Shown here piece after piece: positions 54,743 through 64,000 of a stretch of 64,000 nucleotides of DNA (position 1 is its first letter; the number at the start of each line of letters is the position of its first letter). Location of the stretch: contig CAVWLP010000002.1 of the NCBI GenBank assembly GCA_963755915.1, forward strand, positions 4,032,001 to 4,096,000. Direction: 5' to 3'. The notes under the pieces were generated by a model. That model searched no databases, had not been told where the DNA came from, and saw nothing but the letters and a program-made list of their open reading frames with translations. A program made the position numbers and the translations under genes. The DNA comes from an uncultured Phycisphaerales bacterium (lineage in GTDB: Bacteria; Planctomycetota; Phycisphaerae; Tepidisphaerales; Tepidisphaeraceae).

Positions 54743-57252
54743 TCAACGGTTCGATAATACACCATAAAGTTCAGCTTCGCGCAGATTCGCTCGCGCGCCG
54801 GGCGAAATTGACGTGAACGTGATCCGCACATACCGGGCCACCGCTCCCGGATCGAAGATATCGTTGCGCACCGCATCTACCCGCTCCGTCCGCGTTCGAT
54901 CTATCCCGAGCGCCCATTGCGCCCCATCCATCGACAACTCCATCCGATACCGATAGTTTCCCGCCGCGTTGAAGGTAAGCCTGCAACTCGAAAGCTGGTA
55001 AAACCCCTCCAGATCGATCCTGAACCACGCTGGAAGGCCGGCGTCCCGCGCCTCCCACCAGGTCTGCGCATTTGCATCGTTCGCGAACCGTGCAGGCTGC
55101 CCTTCGGCTTCCGAGCTTGCCGCGCTCGGCCGGTCGCGGGCAACGTTCACTGCATTCTTCATCGCCTCGATCGAAGCCTGCGACGGCTCCGCCCGTTTGT
55201 ACGGTCGAGCCGCCGCTGGCAACGTTTCACCCTCCACCCATCGCGGCTCCCCCTCGGTTGTGATGACGAGCCACGCATCCCCCAGCCCCGGCGAAGTCGC
55301 GCGAATCCGGCTCTGTCCCCCGTGATAGGAGCGAAACGCAATCCCCGCCTCTCCTTCGGCAATAGCGATATCGCCATCGGCTTCGAAGGTGATGCTTCTC
55401 CCGGTCGGAAATTCTCCCGGTCCCGATTCGATCGTCAACGTGATCGCCGGCGAATTGCTGATCCGATTTCCCCCCGCATCCAGCACACAAACCACGATTT
55501 GGCAATCGTCGGTTGCATCCGTGCCCGCGATTGTGGTCTTGTCCGCCGTTATCTCCAATTTGGCCGCGGTTCCCGGCGCGGGCCACGGCGGGGGGGCAAT
55601 TCCGCGCAGTTCATTGCGATACCAGTACCAGCTCCGTTTCGGAATACGATTGTGCTGCACGATTCCCTTCAGACCCTGCCGCCCCGCGATGCTGCCATAA
55701 TCAAACCCGCACCAGATCGCCTCTCCTCCGCGCCACGCAAACCGCTCCGATTGCAACTCGCCAAAGAAGGGTTCATACGCATCGACCGGCTTGCTGATCG
55801 CGCCATATTCGCTGACCATGTTGGCGATGCCCGGGTCCATAAAAAGCCGGGCCCCATCGCCGTTATATCCAGCGACGTCCCCCAGCTTGTCCACCTGCCC
55901 GCGCTGAGCCCCGCCGACAGCCGCGGGGCGGGTCGGGTCGAGCTCATGGCTCAGCTCCACCATCCGCGCGATCAGCAACCTGGCCCTTTCAAGGTCATAC
56001 GTGAAAAACGCCTCGTTCGTCATGCTCCAGATCACGATCGACGGATGGTTCCGATTGAAGCGGATCATTTCCGCAAGCATCCGCTCACAACTCTCCTCAA
56101 ACGCTTCCCGATCCGCCGCATTGATCGGATACGCGCTCGCATTCCAATACCCCTCAGGCCCGAATCCGCCTTTCCCCCAAAAACATGCTTCCGACCAGAA
56201 GATCATCCCCAGCCGGTCGCACGCATCGGCAAACGCCGGGTTATGCGGATAATGCGCACTGCGCACGAAATTGAACCCGGCCTCTTTGATCAGTTTCGCA
56301 TCCCGAAAACACGCCCCCTGCGTCGTCGCGATGCCCCATCCCGCCTGATCCTGATGCGCGTTGACGCCGCGCAGGTAAAGATGTTCGCCATTGAGAAAAA
56401 AGCCCCGATCGCTCGTCCATTCAAACCAGCGGAAACCAATCGCGGTTTCGAAGTCGTCCAAAAGCCCGTCGTCATGCAGTTCCACTCGCACGCTGTAAAG
56501 CGCCGGATGATTTGGATGCCACAACTCCACCCCGGCAATGGCCGGCAAAGCCTGCTCGATTTCAACCGTCGATCCCGCCCCGATCTCGTGCGACGTATCG
56601 CTCGAAGCCACAACGCGCCCCCGCGGATCGCAAACCCGCGTCGCCAGCCGAAAGCTGCTCGCGTGATCCAAGCGATTTGAAACCTCCGTTGTCACCATCA
56701 CCGTCGCCGATTCCCGCGACACCGACGGCGTGGTCACGCCCACCCCATGCCACGTAATATGCAGCGGCTCCTTCACCACAAGATAAACATCCCGATAGAT
56801 CCCCCCCGAAAAATGTGCTCGCCCGCCCGCGGAACCAGCCGCGGATTCCAGCTATTGTCCACCTTAACGGCCAGCAAATTCGCCCCGGCGCGAACCGCAT
56901 CAGTAATCTCAATGCAAAACCCCGTATATCCCCCTTCATGCCGCCCAACCAATGTGCCGTTAAGAAAGACATCGGCGACCTGAAAGACCCCCTCAAATTC
57001 GAGAAACAATCGCTTTGTCGCCCAATCATCCGGAATGTCGATTCGCTTTCGATACCAACCAACGCCGACATAAAAATCGGCCGCGCGAAAATAAGGAAGA
57101 TCAAATGTGTGCGGCAGTCCCACCCGCGTCCAATTGGTGTCGTCGAACTTCCAGTCCTGCGCACCGCCTGCGTCGCCAGGAAAGAATTGCCACTCCCGAT
57201 TGAGGTTCAGCCGCCTGCGGCCCGATTGCCGTGATGACACCAATCCTCCCAT
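54743..57252 (-). CDS. GH2 glycoside hydrolase with C-terminal F5/8-type (CBM32-like) domain; frameshift near 56800
   Basis: LPHTF, FLEFEGV, HEGGYTGF, RGVNAHQD, RSAHYP, RNHPSIVIWSMTNE, SEYG, then NVARDRPSAASS...AND...ARYVRI. Confidence 0.88.
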
Positions 57253-57254
57253 TT

Positions 57255-57926
57255 TCAGCTCGCCGCGACGATCTGCGCCAGATGTTCAACGGCAAGCCGG
57301 GGGCTGGAGAGAATCGGCACAGGTTTCTCCTCCGCCTTGAGCCCGTCGGCAGTGCGCGCCATCGAAGCCTGCGCCAGCACGATGACATCCACCCTCGGCG
57401 ACAAATCTCGCAGCGCCTGCCCAATCAGCGCATCGTGCCTCGCCCCGTCTCCGGACATCACCGCTTCAAACGCTCCGCTCACCACTTGCGAGATGACCTC
57501 AACCGCCTTCCCATCCTTCCGCCGGCAGCTTCGGATGAGAGCAACGGTCGGCTCCAACGTCGAAGGCAGCGTCGCCACCACCCCCACCCGATGCCCGGTA
57601 TTCACCGCCTTTTGCGCCATCGCTTCATCGACTCGCAAAACGGTCGCCGCGCTAAGCGCCCGCGAGGCCTCCACTGCCCGCCCCATCGAAGAACACGTCA
57701 CCATGATAAACTCCGCCCCCGCCTCCTCGGCCGAAAGCACGTGCCCAACCAGCCGCCGCGCCGTCGCCGGCGGCGTCTTTCCCTCCCGAATGATGTCGCA
57801 CAGCAGGCTTTCATCCACCATGTTGAAGATCGTCGCTCCAGGCAACAGCTCGTTCGCCAACGCCTTGAAAATTGGAATCATCGACGGCGACGTATGAACA
57901 AACGCGATCGTTTTCGACATAATCAT
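57255..57926 (-). CDS. Asp/Glu/hydantoin racemase-fold protein
   Basis: AFVHT, VTCSS, RVDEAMA, ATLPST, VIVLAQASMA, LSSP. Only the first catalytic Cys (TCSS) is evident. Confidence 0.8.
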   Translation of the reverse strand: MIMSKTIAFVHTSPSMIPIFKALANELLPGATIFNMVDESLLCDIIREGKTPPATARRLVGHVLSAEEAGAEFIMVTCSSMGRAVEASRALSAATVLRVDEAMAQKAVNTGHRVGVVATLPSTLEPTVALIRSCRRKDGKAVEVISQVVSGAFEAVMSGDGARHDALIGQALRDLSPRVDVIVLAQASMARTADGLKAEEKPVPILSSPRLAVEHLAQIVAAS

Positions 57927-59244
57927 TCCCGGTGAAATTCCCGCCCCTGCTCCACAAGCCCAAAGAATTCCTCATTGCCGATCTGCCCCCCCTTGAAGGC
58001 GATTTCCAGTCCGTCGATGGATGGATTCGTAGAACTCGCCTTGCACAGCGGCACGCCGCGCGTCAGCTCGCCGATCATTTCAACCGCTTCAATCCCCAGT
58101 GCCCGCGCGACTTGACTCGATGTATCTCCGCCCGCCACCACGGCCCGGCGCATACCCGTCTCACCCAAAGCCCTCGCGAGAATTCTCCCCAGCGCCGCGC
58201 CAATTCCTGATGTGTCATTTGCCCACAGGTCCTTCGTCCCGCTGCCGCCCGTGTGAAGGCAAACGCTCCTGCCCGCGCGGATCGCAGCGCACACCTCAGA
58301 GCAGGTATCGCCCACATCCTGCCCATCAAAAACAATCTCCGCGAAACCATTGCCCACCGCCCAGCGAATCTGCGCCCCGGTAACCGGAGAGCAGCTCCCC
58401 GCCACAGCGATAATCGGCGTTGCCGGCCCCGGCTGCTCGAAATGCGCCGTCCGGGCCGCGCTTCCCGTTTTCATCCAGTGCGCGCACAGAGCAGACTCCA
58501 CCCCGGATGATCCTGCGACAAACAGGGGGCCATCGCTCCTCGCGTGCTCCGCCATGATTGCCCCGATCGCTTCCAGATGGCGATCATAAAGAACATCCAT
58601 CAGTACAATTCGCGCGCCCTCTCCCAGCAAAGACTCCAACCGCCGATGCAGATCCTCCGACTGCATTTCCATATCGATCGCGTCCACCAATCCGATCCGC
58701 TTCGACGTTTGTTTCCCCAGATGCACGCGCAGATCCGCTTCGTCCATCGGCGTAATCGGATGCCGGCTCATCGACGGATGCCGGTCCAGCCGATAGATTT
58801 CCGGTTCCCCTCCGCACCGCGCAAAAAGATTCCCGAATGCGCAGTATCGCCCCAGCGCCGGTGCGCCCACCACCACCGGCACAAACCGAGACCCAAACAC
58901 TTCCATCCCAACGTCAATCACCCGCCCAATACTGCCGATCGCGGGCGATGAATCGAACGTCGAGCAGGTTTTGTAATGGACAATCGGCGCGCCCGAATCG
59001 CGCATCGCCAGAAAATCGGCTCGATCTGCTTGGCGATCTGATCCGTCGGCAGCGACCGCGTCAATCCCGCCACGCCCAGCGCCTGCAATCCCTTATACCG
59101 TTCCAATTGCGCCGCCGTCGGAACATTCGTGAACAGCACCGTGCGGATTCCATGCCGAGCCAGCGATTCCATCGCATCCGTCGACCCGGTGAAATCGTCG
59201 CCGACAAACGCCATCAGCAGGTTGCTTTGCTTCGCGCCGTTCAC
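57923..59244 (-). CDS. Four-carbon acid sugar kinase family protein (OiaK-like); frameshift near 59010
   Basis: GDDFTGSTD, HYKTCSTFDSSP..GSIG, DRHPSMSRHP.TPMDEADL, GSSG, GGDTS, KGGQIG. The GTG start overlaps the RLP stop. Confidence 0.88.
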
Positions 59245-60504
59245 GTGGATTGTTTCCCAAACCTGGCGATGCTTTGCCCCAGTTCCCGGTGATCGCGCGC
59301 ATAATCTTCCAGCGGTCTGCCGGCAACCGCCGCTTCCCACGCCTGCCGCAGCGCCGCCACTCCCGACCCCGGCCCACCCGGATGCGCCATGATTCCTCCC
59401 CCCGCCAGGTAAAGAAGATCAGCCGTATGCGTGCGCCGCCACGTTTCCGGTGCTTGAAGCCCCGTCTGTCCGGATGAGACGACCGGAAGAACCGCGCGCC
59501 CTCCGGACATCGGCTCCAGGCAAGCCGCGATCGATCTCACCACCGAATCATCGCTCTCCCAGAACTTGTTGGCGATCCCGTTCACATGAATCTGATCCAC
59601 CCCGGCCAATCTCCAGATTTTCTGATATGCGGTGAATTCTATCCCCAGCCACGGATGCCGGTTCAGCATTCCCCATCCGTTGCGGTGTCCGTGAACCGCC
59701 AGCGCGCCCAGATCGCAAATCTTTTTCACGCCGGCCAGGCCCACGCTGTTCAGCGAGACCATCACCGCCGTCCCTCCCGACGTGCGGACCTTCTCATAAT
59801 GCCGCAGCATCGCGTCGATTTCATCGCTGATGTTGAACGCATACATCACCTTCTTTCCCGTGCGATCGGCATGCGCGTTCAGTACCTTCATCACCGCATC
59901 GACGCGCTGGTCGAATGGCGAGTGAGGCGGATTGGCCATCAGCTCATCATCTTTAATGAAATCGATCTTCGCTTCCGCAAGTAGAGCGACCAAATTTGCC
60001 GTCTCCTCCGGCGACAGCCCGATGCTCGGTTTTATAATTGTCCCAATCAGCGGCCTGCCGCGCACACCACTCAATTCACGCGTACCCGCGATTCCAAATC
60101 GCGGCCCCGGGAACGCCTTGACGTATGTCTCCGGAAACTCCAGATCGACCAGCTTCACCCCCGAAAATTCTCGCAGCTCATACAAATTCCCCTGCACCGT
60201 CGAAACCAGCGTGGGTAAATTGTGCCCGAAGTTTTCGATCGCCCAGGAAACCACGATCTCGGCGCGCCGGTACTGCCCCGAAAATCCCTCTCGGGGCTTT
60301 TTAATTGGCAAGCTCGGCTCCGAAACGCCCGGCAACTCGCTGATCTTCTCCACCCGCGCCAAATCGCCGCCGGATTTCGTCCGTCTCCCCGGGAACTTCC
60401 ACAAATGTTCCCGATGATTGTTCCCCCGCCAAAACCGCGGCCGCGCGGTTGACTTCCAGGGGGGTCTCGATCAAATAGGTGGCGCTGATTCGCTCTGCCG
60501 GCAT
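59241..60504 (-). CDS. RuBisCO-like protein (form IV; OiaX/OiaT-like); frameshift near 60370
   Basis: TYLIET...AGEQSSGTF, GTIIKPSIGL, DFIKDDE, HGHRNG, SSGQ, GGGIMAHP. No rbcS or prk nearby. Confidence 0.9.
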
Positions 60505-60547
60505 CCTCGATTATGATCCCAAAAATCAGTCGAATTGTCATGTTTTC

Positions 60548-62739
60548 ATGATAGACCGCCTCGATGAATTCAACGTCGTTTGGGATTCGCCCAGCGGGGA
60601 TGCTTCAGGCTCAATGCCTCTCGGCAACGGCGACATCGCGCTGAATGTATGGGTTGAAGCGGGGGGCGACTTGCTGCTCCTGACCGCCAAATCCGATGCC
60701 TGGGACGAAAATTCGATCAATCTCAAACTCGGCCGCATCCGCGTAAAACTCTCCTCAAATCCTTTCCAGCCCGGCCAGAAATTTCGCCAGACACTGCGCC
60801 TCAGAACCGCCGAAATTGAAATCGATGCCGGAACAGTCCATCTGCGAATCTGGGTCGATGCCAATTCACCCGTCATTCACATTGAAGCCCACGGAGACAC
60901 GCCGTTCGAAATCGAAGCCTCGCTGGAAATGTGGCGTACCTCACCCGCGCCATCCAGACCCAAACCAGCGACATGTTCAAGAACCTGGCCGCAAAAAACA
61001 GCGATCCCTATCCCACGATCGTCTGGCCCGACCAACTCCTCGAAGGTCCCGCCAATTCCGTGACCTGGTGCCACCACAACGAGAAACGCGATCCCGATCC
61101 CTACGAAACTAATCTGCGTCTTCAGGGTCTCGGTCAAATGCTGGATCATCTGCCCCATCCGCTGCTCGGCCGGGTTTTCGGGGCGTCGATGTTCGGCGGG
61201 AATTTCAAACGCGTCGATCCGCAAACACTTCGCTCGAATTCCGCGAGCACCAGTCATCATCTGAACATATTCGCCCTCAGCCAGTATCCCTCGACCCCAT
61301 CGCTATGGCTCGACGAAATGCATTGCAGGATTGCCAATGTCGGCGAATCTTCTTCCTCGCGCCAGCGCACGAGCTCCATTGGGAAAAGTTCTGGAATTCA
61401 AGCTGGATCTATATCACCGCCAGTTCCCCCGAAGCAAAGGCCGATGCCTTTCAGATCACGCGGGCGTACATCCTCCAACGATTCATGAATGCCGCCGCCG
61501 GCGCGGGCCCGATCAAGCACAACGGCTCCCTCTTCACCGTTGGCACTCCGGACGATCCCGATTTCCGGCGGTGGGGGGGTCCCGGGTTCTGGTTCCAAAA
61601 CCAGCGACTGATCTATTGGCCCATGCTCGCCGCCGGCGATTTCCATCTCATGCGCCCGTGGCTTGAAATGTATTTCCAATCCCTCCCCCTTGCCCGTCAC
61701 CGCACCGAAACCTATTTCCACCATGGCGGCGCCCACTATCCCGAAACCATCACCTTCTGGGCGCCGAAGTCAGCGCTCACTATGGCTGGACTCCATTCGA
61801 ACAGCGGAAAAATCCCGAAGCCGAATCCCCCTATCTCAAATACTACTGGACCGGCGGCCTGGAATTAACGCTCCTCCTGTGCGAATACTGCGCCTATACC
61901 GCCGATCCGCAATTCGCCCGCGACCGTCTCCTCCCCATCGCCGAGGCCGTCATCGAGTTTTTCGATCTTCACTATCCGCGCGACCCCGATGGAAAAATCC
62001 GCTTCGAGCCGGCCCAGGCTTTGGAGACCTGGCACCAGGCGGTCAACCCGCTGCCCGAAATCGCCGGGCTTCGCTATACGCTTGGCCGCCTCCTCGCCCT
62101 CCCCGAAGAATTCATTTCCAAGAGTTTGCGCGATCGATCCGCGCACGTGCTCGCGAGCTTCCCCAGCTCCCCCTCGGCGAAAAAAACGGAAAACGCTTCC
62201 TTTTTCCTGCCCAGCAGTTCGATCGCCTGAAGAACACCGAAAATCCCGAGCTATATTGCGTATTTCCCTATCGATTATTCGGCGTCGGCAAACCCGATCT
62301 CGACCTCGCGCAAAATACCTTCGACGCTCGCCTCCACTGCTCGCACGATTGCTGGTCGCAGGACGACATTCAATTGGCCCTGCTCGGACGCAGCAACCAG
62401 GCCAAAAACTGGCTCGCCAAACGCGCTTCCCCCGCCTCCCACAGCGACAGCCGTTTTCCCGCCTTCTGGAACGCCTTCCACGATTGGCTCCCCGACGTCG
62501 ATCACGGCGGCGTCCTGCAGATGGCGCTCCAGTTAATGATCATGCAGGCCGACGACGGCCTCATCACTCTCCTGCCCGCGTGGCCCCCTGAATGGAACGT
62601 CGATTTCAAGCTCCACGCCCCCGGCCGCACGATTATCGAGGGCTCCGTGCGCGATGGAGAATTCGTCCATCTCCACGTCTCGCCACCCGCCTCCACAGCC
62701 CGAGTGAAAGTTGCGCAAAATCGAAACTCTTTGCCCTGA
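60548..62739 (+). CDS. DUF5703 / GH95-like glycoside hydrolase; about four frameshifts (near 60950, 61350, 61760, 62150)
   Basis: NVVWDSPS..ASGSMPLGNGDIALNVW, YILQRF, IKHNGS, FWFQNQRLIYW, ENPELY.VFP, PDVDHGG, LLPAWP.EWNVDFKLHAP. Confidence 0.8.
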
Positions 62740-62781
62740 TCCTGCAATGGATCGAGCCGGTCCCCGTCCGTTAAAATCGCG

Positions 62782-64000
62782 GTGTTGAATTTATCCGCAA
62801 AAGTGTTTGGCGCCTGGTTTCTCGCCTGTTCCTGCACGGCCGGCGCTTTCGCCGCGCCCCCGGCAACCCTTCCAGCCGGCGGAGAGATTCAATTTCACAG
62901 CCCCGCCACCGGCGGCGTCGTCAACGGCAAAGTGCTCGTCCCCCCAAAGCCCGCCCCCAGCGCCGATGGCCGCATCCCGCTCGTCGTTTATCTCACCAAT
63001 CTCTCAATCCCCCGCCTCGGTCAGGAGCCGGACGATTCGATCATCCACGGCCTTCTCGATTCCGGCGATCTCGTCCTCCTCCTCGATTACGCCAAAAACC
63101 CCGCGGCCGTTTCTCCATCCCTCAATGCCGACATGCTCGAGCTCCGCCAGGAGATCGGCGGAAAAAAGAAAACCCTTCTCACCGAATATAACGTCGATGC
63201 CAATCATGTCTTCATTCTTGTCGAAGGCTATCGCCTCATGCGCGACGTGGAATTCGCCCGCGACAAATCCCGCATACTGGCCATGGACATTCAATATCCG
63301 TCAAACCCCGTCCATCCAGTCCCCGCCCTCATGGAGATCACCTGCGACAACACCAATCGCATGAGTTGCTACTCCCTTCTCTATTGTCACGATACCTTAA
63401 CCGACGGCGGCATGGCCGCCGGATTCGCCGTCGCGATGATCGATCATCCCGTTCCCCCGCCCTACAAAGGCATCGACGATCCGGAGCCGCAGCTCATTTA
63501 CCGTCTCAAGGCCGCCGTCAGAACCCTGCGCTTTACAGGCCGCCAACTTGGATTCACCGACCAGATCGGCGCCATCGGCTTCTCCCGCGGCGGACCCATG
63601 GCCGCGCTCCTCGCCGTCACCGGCGGCCGCACCGATCTCGAAGGCCCCGGCATCCATCCCGACGTCTCCAGCCGCATCCAGGCCGCGCTGATCCACGGCT
63701 GCCGATACGATTACGCCAATCTCGATTCCGACGATCCCATGCTCAAGCGATTTGAAAAAGTCTGGGGCCCGCGCGATCAGAATCCCACCCAATGGGACCA
63801 GCACGGCGCCGCATATTATCTCACCAAAGACACCGCCCCCATGTTCCTCAACACCAGCGACGCCGAATCAAAGGAATATCGGGACCAGCTCGCCCTCTTC
63901 AACGATGAGTTAACCCACGCCGGAATCGAGCACCAATATCAGCTCGATGTCGACGGCCGCGGCCACCATGTCACGTCCGACCCAAAAACCCTCGCCGCGA
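62782..64000 (+). CDS. Secreted alpha/beta-hydrolase (esterase-like); runs off the window and is absent from the ORF track
   Basis: Hand translation from GTG 62782 stays open to 64000: signal peptide (...CTAGAFA), LKAAVRTLR, nucleophile motif GFSRGG (63577-63594), late GRGHH. Confidence 0.8.
   Translation, partial: MLNLSAKVFGAWFLACSCTAGAFAAPPATLPAGGEIQFHSPATGGVVNGKVLVPPKPAPSADGRIPLVVYLTNLSIPRLGQEPDDSIIHGLLDSGDLVLLLDYAKNPAAVSPSLNADMLELRQEIGGKKKTLLTEYNVDANHVFILVEGYRLMRDVEFARDKSRILAMDIQYPSNPVHPVPALMEITCDNTNRMSCYSLLYCHDTLTDGGMAAGFAVAMIDHPVPPPYKGIDDPEPQLIYRLKAAVRTLRFTGRQLGFTDQIGAIGFSRGGPMAALLAVTGGRTDLEGPGIHPDVSSRIQAALIHGCRYDYANLDSDDPMLKRFEKVWGPRDQNPTQWDQHGAAYYLTKDTAPMFLNTSDAESKEYRDQLALFNDELTHAGIEHQYQLDVDGRGHHVTSDPKTLAA

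Noticed and set aside
59241-60504. CO2-fixing RuBisCO / Calvin cycle
   Set aside because: Form IV features, no rbcS, prk or cbb genes, and coupling to a DUF1537 kinase point to sugar-acid catabolism.

Overview
High-GC bacterial DNA, probably Planctomycetota (Phycisphaerae-like); this is inferred from the H-X9-DG/DUF1559-type gene at the left edge and the absence of SusC/SusD. Almost the whole window reads as a pectin rhamnogalacturonan-II (RG-II) utilisation region. It encodes four GH2s, GH78, GH95, an aceric-acidase-type GH127, GH137-, GH138-, GH142- and GH143-like proteins, a DUF4038 apiosidase-like protein, a DUF5703 GH95-like protein, a beta-helix/DUF6298 lyase-like protein, an esterase, two AraC-type regulators and an SSS symporter. 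Three small catabolic operons for rare sugars are interleaved: (i) isomerase + split transketolase + FGGY kinase (apiose-type), (ii) RuBisCO-like protein + DUF1537 kinase + racemase-fold protein, proposed here to catabolise aceric acid, and (iii) DHDPS-family aldolase + PdxA2 + DUF1537 kinase, proposed here to catabolise DHA via D-threonate. At 2.9-12.6 kb is an uncharacterised six-gene membrane system: a degenerate M28/PA-domain protein fused to FtsX, an OPT-like transporter, a hypothetical protein, a PqqD/RRE protein, a small FtsX and a LolD-like ATPase. A DUF6785-like membrane protein lies nearby. At DNA level there are nested short palindromic repeats (one in-frame inside a gene), a strong gene-independent G-to-C skew inversion, and about 20 frameshifts that look like long-read indel errors. 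Family assignments come from motifs recognised by eye and recalled homologue sequences; no searches were run.
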